In this document: positions 18,954 to 29,150 of the stretch, one piece after another
Layout: each line of letters starts with the position of its first letter
Position numbering within the stretch: position 1 is the first letter of the stretch
Translations under genes and position numbers: made by a program
The notes under the pieces: generated by a model
Databases searched by the model: none
Seen by the model: only the letters and a program-made list of their open reading frames with translations
Told to the model about the DNA's origin: nothing
DNA from: an archaeon
GTDB taxonomy: Archaea; EX4484-52; WAPT01
NCBI GenBank assembly: GCA_029258795.1
Contig: JAPDKB010000006.1
Coordinates: 1 to 41,573, forward strand
DNA: 41,573 nucleotides
Direction: 5' to 3'

Positions 18954-19420
18954 TGGTATTCTTATTTTTCCTCCTTCATGAGGTTGAGAGAAAATTTGAA
19001 AATGTAAATCTCTTCTCTGCATCCTTTGTTGAAACTGTTGACGCAACCGTATTCAGGGGGAAGTTCTGGATAGGGAGGGATTCATTCAGGGTGGATGTTT
19101 ATGAGCCCGATACCCAGTGGATATTTGGGAAGGATACGGTTTACGTTCTCTTCTCCGATGGTGAACTCCAGGCTCTTCCCGATTTTCCTTCCCTTTCCGG
19201 TATTTTTTATAACTTCAGAAAACACTTCACGGTGAGGGAAGAGAAGGACAAGCTTCTGCTTATCCCCCCTGATACCTCCTGCAGGGTTGAGGTTTATTTC
19301 TCTCCCGATTTTCTTCCCCGGAAACTTGTTGTCAAAACGGATGGAAGATACACATTTCATCTTTTTGATGTGAGGTTAAATCCAGGGAGGGTGAGGTTTA
19401 AGGTGTTGAAAAACCCCTGA
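18950..19420 (+). CDS. Short LolA-like outer-membrane lipoprotein carrier
   Basis: Lies directly after ftsK (conserved ftsK-lolA order). FSASFVET...GKFW...FRVDVYEPDTQ resembles the LolA N-terminal strands. Confidence 0.65.
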   Translation: MMVFLFFLLHEVERKFENVNLFSASFVETVDATVFRGKFWIGRDSFRVDVYEPDTQWIFGKDTVYVLFSDGELQALPDFPSLSGIFYNFRKHFTVREEKDKLLLIPPDTSCRVEVYFSPDFLPRKLVVKTDGRYTFHLFDVRLNPGRVRFKVLKNP

Positions 19421-19433
19421 ATTCCTCTATAAT
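19406..19433 (+). promoter_or_regulatory. Internal sigma70-type promoter for a leaderless alr
   Basis: TTGAAA, 16-nt spacer, TATAAT. ATG 19441 follows after a 7-nt gap. Confidence 0.65.
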
Positions 19434-19440
19434 GAACCCC

Positions 19441-20514
19441 ATGAGACCCTCTTTTATTGAGATAAACCTGAGAAACCTGAGGGAAAACGTGAGAAAAGTC
19501 AAGGAAATGACCACGAGCAAAATCCTTGCTGTGGTCAAGGCAGATGCATACGGGCATGGGGCGGTGAAGGTCTCGCAGGTCCTGGAGAAGGAGGGGATAG
19601 AGTGGTTTGGAGTGGGAATTGTTGAGGAGGGAGCCGAACTCAGGGAGAACGGGATAAAGGGAAACATAGTCCTCCTCTCCCAGGAGTTTCCCGAAAGGAT
19701 AAAGAAGATTCTGGAATACAATCTCATTCCCTGTGTATCGGACCTTTCCTTCCTTCACGACCTTGAAAGAGAGGCAAAAAAGAAGAATAAAAAAGTCCCC
19801 TTTTTCCTCTTCCTGGATACCGGAATGGGAAGATATGGTATCCTTCCTCAGGAACTTCCTTCCTTCCTTGAAAAAATCTCCTCCTTTTCCTCTGTTGAAA
19901 TGCTTGGAATTATGTCCCATTTTCCATCTGCGGATACAGACCCTGAATACACAAAAAAACAACTCTCAAAGTTCCTGGAGATAACCGAAAAATTCTCCAA
20001 TAACCTGATAAGGTGCATGGGAAACTCCTCTGCATTTTTAAAACTTCCCGAATCCCACCTTAATATGGTGAGACTTGGAATCCTGCTTTACGGAATACCT
20101 CCATTTCCCATGGAAAATCACGGGTTCAAACCGGTTATGCACATAAAGAGCAGGATAGCATTCATAAAGGAATTGCCGAAAGGCTCAGGGGTGAGTTATG
20201 GAAGAACATGCATACTTGAGAAGCCAGCAAAAATAGCGGTTGTTCCCATAGGATACGCAGATGGATACGACAGACATCTATCAAATCGTGGATGGATGAT
20301 GATAAGAGGTAAAAAGGCACCCATAAAGGGTGTTGTTACAATGGATGCAACCATGGTTGATGTTACTCACATAGAGGGGGTAAGGCCAGGAGATGAGGTA
20401 ATTGTGATGGACGATGGTATAGATGCCTGGACCCTTGCGCGCCTTGCCGGAACCGTTCCGTACGAGATAGTATCAAGGATGGGAAAGAGACTTCCCAGGA
20501 ATTACATTGAATGA
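19441..20514 (+). CDS. alr: Alanine racemase
   Basis: AVVKADAYGHG (PLP lysine), DTGMGRYG, VSYG, PIGYADGY and GTVPYEI. MRPSFIEINL is the typical N-terminus; ATG 19432 overlaps the -10 box. Confidence 0.96.
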   Translation: MRPSFIEINLRNLRENVRKVKEMTTSKILAVVKADAYGHGAVKVSQVLEKEGIEWFGVGIVEEGAELRENGIKGNIVLLSQEFPERIKKILEYNLIPCVSDLSFLHDLEREAKKKNKKVPFFLFLDTGMGRYGILPQELPSFLEKISSFSSVEMLGIMSHFPSADTDPEYTKKQLSKFLEITEKFSNNLIRCMGNSSAFLKLPESHLNMVRLGILLYGIPPFPMENHGFKPVMHIKSRIAFIKELPKGSGVSYGRTCILEKPAKIAVVPIGYADGYDRHLSNRGWMMIRGKKAPIKGVVTMDATMVDVTHIEGVRPGDEVIVMDDGIDAWTLARLAGTVPYEIVSRMGKRLPRNYIE

Positions 20515-22391
20515 TTCTCCTTTTTCTCCTCTCAGACACACTGAGTGTGAAATATAAAGCAGAGAGAATAGAATACATTGTTTCCCCAAGAAAGGTTGTC
20601 CTTACAGGTAATGCAAGGATAGACTACGGGAAACTTTATTTAACCGCAGATACCATTGTTTACCTTCCTCAGGATAAGAAACTCATAGCCTGGGGGCATC
20701 CTTTTTTGTTTGATGGAGAGAGGGAGATATACGCAGAGAGGATGGTTTACGACCTTGAGGAGAAAACAGGATGGATTTTCAATGCACGTGCTAAGGTTGA
20801 AAAGGGATACCTCTATGCAAAAAAGGCAAAGTACATAAAGGATGAGAAGGTTATAAAGATAAAGGGAGGATACTTCACAACATGTGAACTTGACCCTCCA
20901 CACTACTACTTTTACTCAACCTACATGAGAGTGAACATAAACGACATGGTCATAGCAAGACCTGTTATTTTGCTTGTTCAGGACATTCCCCTTTTCTGGC
21001 TTCCATTCTGGTATTTTCCCATTAAGAAGGAACGCTCAAGCGGGCTTTTGCCCTTCAAGATAGGGAAGTCATCAACATGTGGAAGATACCTGAAGGGCTA
21101 CTATTACCTTGTCCTGGGTCCCCATGCCGATGCAACCCTGGGGGCTGAACTTTATGAGAAGAAGGGCATTATGGGTTCCCTTGAGGCAAGGTGGCTTCTT
21201 TCAAGAGAGATACTTGATGGAAACATGAATGCAAGATATGTGAGGGAGAAAGATACGGGTAAAAGAAGGTGGGAGCTCAATCTTAATCATGCAAGCAGGT
21301 TTCTTCTGGGAGCAAGACTCAAGGCAAATGCCTCACTCAGAAGTGATAAGAAGTTTATAACCGATTATTATTCCGATACCGTTGAGGTGTTTAAAACCCA
21401 CAAAGAATGGGAGGTTTCCCTTTCAAGAAGAATAGGAAGATTTTCAGGAAACCTTGTTTTTGACTATGACGAATCACCTGAGGGTATTGTTAAAAAGAAA
21501 TTTCCAGAGTTTTTTCTTTCCATTCCCACTTATACCTTTGGCCCCATTCATATAAGTTCCTCTTTCAGATTCCTGAGAAACGAAAGTGATGAGCGCATAA
21601 CATCTTATTCAGTTTCCCCTTCCTTCACCCGTTCTTTGTTTCGCTATTTTCCTCTGAGCTTTTCAGGAGAGTATCGCGGAGAATACCATGTTTTTCAGGA
21701 TACCTCGTTCCTTAAAGACGAAAAAAGCGTGAGAGCATCCATAAGAACCACATTCTACGGGCTCTCAAACTTTGGCATTTACCCTTTTGAACGCTTCAGG
21801 TCGGTTTACACCCCTTCTGTTTCCTTCTCCTATTCCTTCCCTTCACAAACCTCACCCTGGGGAAAGAAGACATTTGGATGGTCTTTGAGGTACGTTCTTC
21901 AGGCAAAAAGGGAGGATAAAAAATACGACCTTTTAACCGCAAACTTTTCCGGAAGCTATCTTTTTGAGGACACCACATGGAGTGATATCCAGGTCTCCAT
22001 GACAACAGGGATGGAAAATCTGAGAGGAGAATTGAGTGGAAAAATAAAAAAGGGAGATTTTACCCTGCAGAAGTTTTCTTTAAGGATAAAATTCAGGGAC
22101 TGGAATGCTGACCTTTCCTGGAATCCCAAAACCCCTGCCTTCACCGGAGGTCTGTCCGGCAGGTTAAAACTCACCCCACGATGGACGGGAAACTTTACCG
22201 GAAGATATGACTTCCTTGAGGGAGAACTCGTATCCGCAAGGCTTTCTTTGACGAGGGACCTGCACTGCTGGGAACTCCGTCTCTCCTGGAATATGATGGG
22301 TGAGAACCAGAACCTTGAAATATCCCTGCATCTCAAACGCATACCCGAGATAAAGATAGAGAAAGGGATTTTTGAGGAGCTCCTTCCGTGA
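20511..22391 (+). CDS. lptD: LPS-assembly outer-membrane protein LptD family
   Basis: OstA-like jellyroll N-terminus, FTTCELDPPHY, RSSGLLP, and C-terminal LTRDLHCWEL barrel strands. Confidence 0.85.
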   Translation: MILLFLLSDTLSVKYKAERIEYIVSPRKVVLTGNARIDYGKLYLTADTIVYLPQDKKLIAWGHPFLFDGEREIYAERMVYDLEEKTGWIFNARAKVEKGYLYAKKAKYIKDEKVIKIKGGYFTTCELDPPHYYFYSTYMRVNINDMVIARPVILLVQDIPLFWLPFWYFPIKKERSSGLLPFKIGKSSTCGRYLKGYYYLVLGPHADATLGAELYEKKGIMGSLEARWLLSREILDGNMNARYVREKDTGKRRWELNLNHASRFLLGARLKANASLRSDKKFITDYYSDTVEVFKTHKEWEVSLSRRIGRFSGNLVFDYDESPEGIVKKKFPEFFLSIPTYTFGPIHISSSFRFLRNESDERITSYSVSPSFTRSLFRYFPLSFSGEYRGEYHVFQDTSFLKDEKSVRASIRTTFYGLSNFGIYPFERFRSVYTPSVSFSYSFPSQTSPWGKKTFGWSLRYVLQAKREDKKYDLLTANFSGSYLFEDTTWSDIQVSMTTGMENLRGELSGKIKKGDFTLQKFSLRIKFRDWNADLSWNPKTPAFTGGLSGRLKLTPRWTGNFTGRYDFLEGELVSARLSLTRDLHCWELRLSWNMMGENQNLEISLHLKRIPEIKIEKGIFEELLP

Positions 22392-22439
22392 TGTCTCAAT
22401 GAAAGGGGAGCTTTCCTTTGAAAAAACACAAAAAAAGAC

Positions 22440-22467
22440 TTGACAAATTCAGAAATTCTGTTAAATT
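22440..22467 (+). promoter_or_regulatory. sigma70-type promoter of the HU gene
   Basis: TTGACA, 16-nt spacer, TAAATT with TGn extension. AGGAGGTG SD lies downstream. Confidence 0.65.
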
Positions 22468-22503
22468 AAGGATAGAAAACCATAAAAGAAAGGAGGTGAA
22501 GGA

Positions 22504-22785
22504 ATGAACAAGAGAGACATGATCGATCTCGTTGCAAAGGAGGCAGGGATTACCAAAAAGCAGGCTGACAGGGCAATCACCGCATTGCTCGACGGAATCA
22601 AGAAGGCGCTGAAGAAGGGGGACAGGGTTACATTCGTCGGCTTCGGAACATTCCTCACCAGGAAGAGGGCACCGAGGAAGGCGAGGAACCCCAGAACCGG
22701 AAAAGAAATCAATATTCCTGCAAAGGTTGTTCCGGTCTTCAGAGCCGGTTCCGATCTGAAGAAGGCGGTGGCGAAGAAGAAGTAA
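22504..22785 (+). CDS. hup: DNA-binding protein HU
   Basis: MNKRDMI, GFGTF, RAPRKARNPRTG and VPVFRAG. Confidence 0.97.
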   Translation: MNKRDMIDLVAKEAGITKKQADRAITALLDGIKKALKKGDRVTFVGFGTFLTRKRAPRKARNPRTGKEINIPAKVVPVFRAGSDLKKAVAKKK

Positions 22786-22793
22786 AAGGTTTC

Positions 22794-22827
22794 AGGGGGT
22801 GGGTTTCCCCACCCCCTTTTTATTTTT
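22794..22827 (+). terminator. Rho-independent terminator after HU
   Basis: AGGGGGTGGG-tttc-CCCACCCCCT stem-loop followed by TTTTATTTTT. Confidence 0.9.
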
Positions 22828-22838
22828 GAGGAGGGATT

Positions 22839-23180
22839 ATGGTTGCAAGCCTTTTTTCCATAATTGCCGCATCCCTTGTCATAGAAAGGGTTGTTGAGCA
22901 GATTGCCGAATTTATTCCCAGAAAGAGAAGGAAGAGAATAACCTGGATAATCTCAACCATTATTGCCCTTCTTTTTACCTTTGGTGCAAAGGCAGGGATA
23001 TTTCAGGAACTCGGACTCCTTAAAGAGGGATATCCCTGGGTTCCTTACCTGGACTACTTCTTAACCGGATTGCTCATAGGAGGGGGGACTGAGCCCGTCC
23101 ACTCGGTTGTTCATGGACTTGAAAAGAAAAAGGAGGAGCTGAAATACAGGGCAGAGAGGGCAAAGAAAGATGCGTCTTGA
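22839..23180 (+). CDS. Small membrane protein of unknown function (holin-like topology)
   Basis: Three hydrophobic segments, LTGLLIGGGTEPVH and a charged C-tail. GAGG SD present. Confidence 0.7.
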   Translation: MVASLFSIIAASLVIERVVEQIAEFIPRKRRKRITWIISTIIALLFTFGAKAGIFQELGLLKEGYPWVPYLDYFLTGLLIGGGTEPVHSVVHGLEKKKEELKYRAERAKKDAS

Positions 23181-24081
23181 AGAGAGAGGGGAGAGGGGGT
23201 TAGTTGAAATTATAAAAAAACTCTGGAAGGTAAAAAGTGAATGGGTTGAGGAGGGAATAGGAGACGACTGTGCAGTTTTAAAAAACGGGTTTATTTTCAC
23301 CATGGATTCCTTTGTTGAGGGAACCCATTTTTACTATGAGGTTTATCCTCCTCATGAGCTTGGATACATGACCCTTGCCGCATCCCTTTCCGACATCGCA
23401 GCAATGGCAGGGGAGCCCCTTTGTTTCTTTTTAACCCTCTGCCTGTGGAAGGACCTTCCTGAGGAGTGGGTTACAAATCTTCTGGATGGGATGCAGGAAC
23501 TTGCAGAGAAGTATTCATGTGAACTTGCAGGCGGTGAGACGGTTGCAGGGGATGAGATAGCAATAACCATTGGTGTTCTGGGAAGAGCGGAAAAGCCCGT
23601 AAGAAGAAAGGGAAGAAGGATAGGGGATTACGTTTACGTTACAGGAATTCCAGGGCGGTCATATCTTGGCAGGCTTGCACTTTATAATGAGATAGAGACA
23701 GAACTTGTGATGTGTCACTTAAGACCTGAACCCAGGATAAGGGAGGCGAGGATGCTTGTTGAGAGATACACGATAACATCAATGATTGATGTCTCAGATG
23801 GAGTCCTCATAGACCTTTCAAGGCTTGAGGGAGAGGGAGGAATTTATCTTGAAAGTTCCCTCTTCCCCACCGATCCCGAGATTGAGAGACTCTGCGATGT
23901 ATTCCTTGAAGACCCGGTGGATGTCTTCCTTCGCGGTGGAGAGGATTACGAACTGCTCTTTACCTCCCCTGATGAGATAGGGTTTCCATGGGTTAAAAAG
24001 ATAGGGGTTGTCAGGGAGGGAGAAGGTATTTATATTGATGATAAACCCACGGAGGTGAAGGGTTATGAGCACTTCTGTTGA
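23170..24081 (+). CDS. thiL: Thiamine-monophosphate kinase
   Basis: GIGDDCAV, FVEGTHF, LSDIAAMAGEP, MIDVSDG, GGEDYELLFT and terminal GYEHF. Confidence 0.95.
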   Translation: MRLEERGERGLVEIIKKLWKVKSEWVEEGIGDDCAVLKNGFIFTMDSFVEGTHFYYEVYPPHELGYMTLAASLSDIAAMAGEPLCFFLTLCLWKDLPEEWVTNLLDGMQELAEKYSCELAGGETVAGDEIAITIGVLGRAEKPVRRKGRRIGDYVYVTGIPGRSYLGRLALYNEIETELVMCHLRPEPRIREARMLVERYTITSMIDVSDGVLIDLSRLEGEGGIYLESSLFPTDPEIERLCDVFLEDPVDVFLRGGEDYELLFTSPDEIGFPWVKKIGVVREGEGIYIDDKPTEVKGYEHFC

Positions 24082-26662
24082 GTTTGTAAGACCCCATGAG
24101 AATATATTTGAGAAATTAGAATCCCTTGATTTATCCTTCAGGGATGCCGTGGTTTTCCCCAACGAGCGTTCAAGGTTCTACTTCAGGGAATTTTACCTGA
24201 AAAAGAAGGAGGGTGTTTTACCTTCCCTTTTTACCATGGAGGAATTTCTCTCATTTCTTTCCGGGAAGGTTCCCACAGACCAGGAGAACTCCCTTGGAAT
24301 ATTGATGGATATTCATCCCTCTGGTTCCTTTTCCATTTCCCTTGCCTACGCAGAGAAGTTGCTTGAATTTTTCAATGAAATAGATGCAGGGATGGTTGGA
24401 TGGGATGAGATAGAGTGGGTTGCCGAATACGAGCCCTGGAAGAGGTTCATGGATGAGGTGAGAAAGATATATGAGGAGTATAAAAACAGAATGAGGGAGA
24501 AGGAATGGGTGGATAAGGGGGATGTTTACAGGGAGGCAATCAAGGGGGTTGAGAAGGCAAGAAGACACTTTGAAAGAATAATCTTTGTTAACCCTCTTGC
24601 ACTCACGACTGCTGAGCGAAGAATAATCCGGTCCGTTCCATCCATCATACTCCTCCAGACCCTTGTGAGTGAGGAGGATAGGATTCCGGGAAGACCGTTT
24701 CACCATCACCACCGTTTGCTGAAGTATCTCGGGAAGGAGATTCCATCCTTTGAGTTTGAGGCGAGGGCAGCCATTGAGGTTTATGAGGGGGAGGACAGGC
24801 ACGGGCTTCTTTCCATGATGGAGCATGCACTTTTATGCGCAATGGATGCCAATATACCCCCTGAGAAGGTGGGGATTATCCTTCCTGACCCCTCCTATGC
24901 GAGGGTTATTTCCGAAAGGATAATGGAAAGGTATGGAATAAAGTGCAACCTCACGATGGGACTTCCATTCATGGAAACTCCTCTTTACAGTTTGCTGGAT
25001 ACGATTTTTACTCTTGTTGAGACCGAAAAGGATGGAAAGTTAAGGAAGGACGACCTTCTGGAACTCTTTTCCCATCCCTACTTCTACGCAAGAAAGGACC
25101 TGAAGGATAGAATAGAAAAGGTGAAAAAGAACCTGGAGGAGACGTACATTCCTCCGGATGCCATAGGTGACAGTATTCTTCAGTCCGAGGTTGTTTCCGT
25201 GCTTGATTGTGTAAGAAAAAAGAGGACCCTGCGCGAACTTTACGATGGGCTTCTTTCCTTAATAACCGTTCTTGAACGCGAACTTGAAATTCCTCCTGGG
25301 TATCCCCATGCCGATGGATTCAATGTTCTTACCCGTCATCTTGTGAGGGTTAAGGATACGGAACTCGGAAGGTTCAGCGTTGAGCAGGAAAAATCTTTTG
25401 AATTTTTAAGGGAAATCCTTTCAGGTTTGAGAATCCACAAGTTTGGTGAGCCCTTTAAGGGGGTCCAGATAATGGGTGTTCTTGAGTCAAGGCTTATACC
25501 ATTTGAGGTTGTTGTTGTTCCCCTGATGAACGAGGGATACTTCCCCTCACCCAGGAAAAAAGAACTCTTCCTTCCCGATGATGCAAGGGGGAGGATAAAT
25601 GAGCGTGCAGGAGAGGATAAACTTGAACTCCAGCGCCACCGGGATTCCACCTTTTCCTATTTCTTTCATGTATGGCTTTCCGGTGCAAAAAAACTTTACC
25701 TGGGATATGTGAAGGAGGAAAAGAAGAGCACACCGAGCAGGTTTGTTGAGCAGGTTACGCTCGGGCTTTATGGGGAGGAGGTGAAGCCTGTAAAGGTGGG
25801 TTATGAGGGAGGGGAGATAAAAAAGAGGGAGAGGTTTTTTGAGAGGAGGATAATAAATCCTGATGAGTTTGAATTTTCACCAACCCGCATAGACCTCTAC
25901 TTCCAGTGCCCGTACAGATTTTATCTTGAGTATGTTCTCGGGATAAGGGAGGAAAAGGAAGAGGAGGAGCTTGAGGGGAAAGGTCTTGGAAAACTCGTCC
26001 ATGAGACACTTCAGAGGTTTTATTCAGAGATAAGAGAGGGACCTCCTGAGGATGGAAAAAGGCTGTTTGAGATATTTGAGGAACTTTTCAGGAGGGATTA
26101 TCCCGTTCCATCTGGAAGAACACTTTTGAGAAAGGAACTTGTAAAAGAGAGACTCAGGATGTTTGTTGAGGAGGAGAAAAAGAGGAAGCCCTTTAAGGTT
26201 CTTATGCTGGAGAGGAGCATCACCACCCAAACGGGAAGGTTCAGGATTAAAGGGGTTGTGGACAGGGTGGATGAGGAGGATGGGAGGTTTGTGGTTATAG
26301 ATTACAAGACCGGTTATCAGGTTAAGACTCCCCTTTCCTTCACTCCGGATGACAGAGAGGATTTGAGGAACGGGAAAAGGAGTGTTCAGCTGGATACCTA
26401 TCTTTATCTTCTTTCAAAGAGGGGTGAGGTTGACCCGGATAGAACGGAGGTGAGGTTTTACAGTTTCAGGGAGAACAAATATCTTGAAAAGAGGTTTACA
26501 AAATATGGAAGTAAGAGGGAAGTGGAACTTTTTGAAGGGTTTTTGATTTCTGTTCTTGAGGAGATAGTGGATGAAAACAATCCCTTTGAACCAAACTATG
26601 AATCAAACCTCTGTGATTCCTGTCCATATGCTGCACTTTGCAGGAGGTGGGAGTATGTATAG
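24065..26662 (+). CDS. addB: AddB-type subunit (inactive helicase fold plus PD-(D/E)XK nuclease with Fe-S cysteines)
   Basis: VVFPNERS, GVQIMGVLESR, FSPTRI..YFQCPYRFY, GVVDRVD, VIDYKTG, QLDTY and CDSCPYAALC. Confidence 0.85.
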   Translation: MSTSVEFVRPHENIFEKLESLDLSFRDAVVFPNERSRFYFREFYLKKKEGVLPSLFTMEEFLSFLSGKVPTDQENSLGILMDIHPSGSFSISLAYAEKLLEFFNEIDAGMVGWDEIEWVAEYEPWKRFMDEVRKIYEEYKNRMREKEWVDKGDVYREAIKGVEKARRHFERIIFVNPLALTTAERRIIRSVPSIILLQTLVSEEDRIPGRPFHHHHRLLKYLGKEIPSFEFEARAAIEVYEGEDRHGLLSMMEHALLCAMDANIPPEKVGIILPDPSYARVISERIMERYGIKCNLTMGLPFMETPLYSLLDTIFTLVETEKDGKLRKDDLLELFSHPYFYARKDLKDRIEKVKKNLEETYIPPDAIGDSILQSEVVSVLDCVRKKRTLRELYDGLLSLITVLERELEIPPGYPHADGFNVLTRHLVRVKDTELGRFSVEQEKSFEFLREILSGLRIHKFGEPFKGVQIMGVLESRLIPFEVVVVPLMNEGYFPSPRKKELFLPDDARGRINERAGEDKLELQRHRDSTFSYFFHVWLSGAKKLYLGYVKEEKKSTPSRFVEQVTLGLYGEEVKPVKVGYEGGEIKKRERFFERRIINPDEFEFSPTRIDLYFQCPYRFYLEYVLGIREEKEEEELEGKGLGKLVHETLQRFYSEIREGPPEDGKRLFEIFEELFRRDYPVPSGRTLLRKELVKERLRMFVEEEKKRKPFKVLMLERSITTQTGRFRIKGVVDRVDEEDGRFVVIDYKTGYQVKTPLSFTPDDREDLRNGKRSVQLDTYLYLLSKRGEVDPDRTEVRFYSFRENKYLEKRFTKYGSKREVELFEGFLISVLEEIVDENNPFEPNYESNLCDSCPYAALCRRWEYV

Positions 26663-29150
26663 GATGGCATACGAGGCATCCGCAGGAGCAGGGAAAACCA
26701 GGATTTTGACCCAGAAGTATGTTGAGACCCTGAGAAAGATAAGGGAGCACTTCCCCATCCTGGCAATAACATTCACAAACGAGGCGGCAAATGAGATGAA
26801 GGAGAGGGTTGTGAGGATTTTGAAGGAGGAGGGGGAGGATGAACTTTTGAAAAAGGTTCTTGAGGAGTATTCTTTACTGAGAATACAGACAATAGATTCC
26901 TTTCTCACCCATGCCCTTGCCGTTTTTTCACTTGAGCAGGGTATCCCTCCGGGCTTTGATATAATGGTGGAAGAGGAGGGGGCAGAGGAGAAGCAGGCTT
27001 TGTGGGATGAGTTCTTTGAGGAGGTTTTTAATAATCCGGGGTTGAGGAACGAGGTTATGGAGATTGTGAGGAGGAAGGGGGAGGAGGGAGGAAGTTTCAG
27101 GGTGGATGGGGAGATAGAAAAGGCAGTTCACGGGATAATGGAGAAAGAAATATTCTTCGGGGATGGGGAGGAGATGCTCAGAAGAATTGAGCACTGTGAG
27201 TTTGAGGGGAAGGAGAGAGAGGTTATTTTGAGGATGCTTCCTTTTATGAGAATATACCTTGAATTTTCCAGAAGGTTCAGGGAAAGAAAGAAGGAGAAGA
27301 ATCTTGTTGATTTTAACGACATAGTGAAGTGGGTGAGAGAGATACTCAAAGAAGGGGAGATTCCTTATTTCTATTACCGAATAGGCGGGAAGATAGGGTA
27401 TGTTCTCATAGATGAGTTCCAGGATACATCCCGCCTCCAGTGGGAGGCGTTGAAACCCATAGTGGAGAATGTTCTTTCTGAGGGTGGGGGATTTCTTTAT
27501 GTTGGAGACCCGAAACAGGCAATCTACGGGTTCAGAGGAGGGGAGAGCAGGCTGTTTTACGAGGTGAAGGATGAATTTCCGCACGATATCAAACACGAAT
27601 TTCTGCCTGAAAATCACCGCTCACGGAAGGAAATAGTGGAGTTTCTGAACGAACTTACAGGATACTGGTTTGAGGGAACTGACCCCCAGATTCCCCGGAG
27701 GGGGGAGGGTGGATATGTGGAGATAAATCTGGAGGATATTCCACCTGAGGAATGGCTGGTTGAGAGGATAAAGAAGGTTCATGATGAGGGCATTCCGTAT
27801 TCCTCAATCATGTGTCTTCTGAGAAATCATTCCAAAATTCGCGAGATGAGTGCGGCTCTGAGAAAAGCAGGAATTCCATGTGTGAGTGGAAAGAGCGTTT
27901 CCATACTTGAGGAGCAGGCGGTAAAAGAAATCCTTGCGCTCTTAAAGGTTATCGTTGACCCGGAAGACCGAGTAAGTGAGTCTGTATTTCTGCATTCTCC
28001 CTTTGTTAAGGGTGGAGAAGATGCAGAGGATAGGATAAAAAAGGCAAGAGATATGGAGAAGGAGAGTTCCGTTTACAGGCTCATAAGCCGTGTGCTTGAG
28101 CTCCTGAATGCAGAGGAGGTCTATCCTGAGTCAGTTCCTGCCTTCCAGAGATTGCTTGAGGCTGCTCTTGATTTTGAAAAGAGCGGTGGTTCAACCACAA
28201 GAAGGTTTATTGAGTATCTTGAGTGGCATAGAGACAAATATACTCTTCCATCCTATGTGAAAAAAGAGGGTGTAAGGATGATGACCATGCACAGTGCAAA
28301 GGGACTTGAGGCAGATGTTGTTTTTGTTGTTTTACCCTGGAAAATGGGAGGGACTCAGGAGAGGATGAAGTATATAAAGGATGAGGATATCTTCTGGTAT
28401 GGAACCAGTGGGGACTGCAGAAGTTTATATGAAAGATGGAAAAAAGAGCAGCTCGAAGAGGAGAAGAGGGTATGGTATGTTGCCTTTTCAAGGGCTCGTG
28501 AAAGGCTTTATGTGAAGGGAATTTTTGATAAGTTGAGGAAAGACGGTAAAAAAATGCGGTGTCCTTTAGTGAACGACCTTCTTAAGGATTTCATGCAGGG
28601 TGAAAAAGTGAGGGTGTGGGGCAAGGAGGTTCCCATTGAGATAGAAAAACCTGAGGAGGAGATAGTTTCTTTCAGGATAAAAGAGGTAAAAAAAGGATAT
28701 GCCGGAAGGCTTGAGGTGAGGGATGACGAACTCCTTGAACCCTCGGTAGTTGAGCGTGAACTTGAGGGTGAAAGGATACATGAGGTTTTGAGGTTCTTTA
28801 CCTTCTTAGAGGATGAGAATCCTGAAGAACTTCCATCCTGTGTAAGGGAGGTTGTGGAAAAACCCGAGCTTTCCTTCATTTTCTCAAGGGAGGGGAGGGA
28901 GAAGAGAGTTTACAATGAAAAGGAGATCTGTTATAAGAAGGGTATTCTGCGTCCTGACAGGGTTGTGTGGGATGGCGAGAGGATTTATGTTGTTGATTAC
29001 AAGACAGGAAGCATATCGGATGAGGACCGCAAAACCCTTTCCCTTTACGGAGCCACCCTTTCTTCTCTCTTCCCCGACATGAAAGTCTCCCTCTACTTCC
29101 TCCACCTCCCATCAGGAGAACTTGAAGAGTTATCCAAGGAGGAGGAATGA
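26655..29150 (+). CDS. addA: AddA-type UvrD helicase with C-terminal RecB-family nuclease
   Basis: ASAGAGKT, AITFTNEAA, IDEFQDTS, VGDPKQAIYGFRG, TMHSAKGLE, YVAFSRA and RPDR...VVDYKTG. ATG 26655 follows GGAGGTGGGAG. Confidence 0.9.
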   Translation: MYRMAYEASAGAGKTRILTQKYVETLRKIREHFPILAITFTNEAANEMKERVVRILKEEGEDELLKKVLEEYSLLRIQTIDSFLTHALAVFSLEQGIPPGFDIMVEEEGAEEKQALWDEFFEEVFNNPGLRNEVMEIVRRKGEEGGSFRVDGEIEKAVHGIMEKEIFFGDGEEMLRRIEHCEFEGKEREVILRMLPFMRIYLEFSRRFRERKKEKNLVDFNDIVKWVREILKEGEIPYFYYRIGGKIGYVLIDEFQDTSRLQWEALKPIVENVLSEGGGFLYVGDPKQAIYGFRGGESRLFYEVKDEFPHDIKHEFLPENHRSRKEIVEFLNELTGYWFEGTDPQIPRRGEGGYVEINLEDIPPEEWLVERIKKVHDEGIPYSSIMCLLRNHSKIREMSAALRKAGIPCVSGKSVSILEEQAVKEILALLKVIVDPEDRVSESVFLHSPFVKGGEDAEDRIKKARDMEKESSVYRLISRVLELLNAEEVYPESVPAFQRLLEAALDFEKSGGSTTRRFIEYLEWHRDKYTLPSYVKKEGVRMMTMHSAKGLEADVVFVVLPWKMGGTQERMKYIKDEDIFWYGTSGDCRSLYERWKKEQLEEEKRVWYVAFSRARERLYVKGIFDKLRKDGKKMRCPLVNDLLKDFMQGEKVRVWGKEVPIEIEKPEEEIVSFRIKEVKKGYAGRLEVRDDELLEPSVVERELEGERIHEVLRFFTFLEDENPEELPSCVREVVEKPELSFIFSREGREKRVYNEKEICYKKGILRPDRVVWDGERIYVVDYKTGSISDEDRKTLSLYGATLSSLFPDMKVSLYFLHLPSGELEELSKEEE

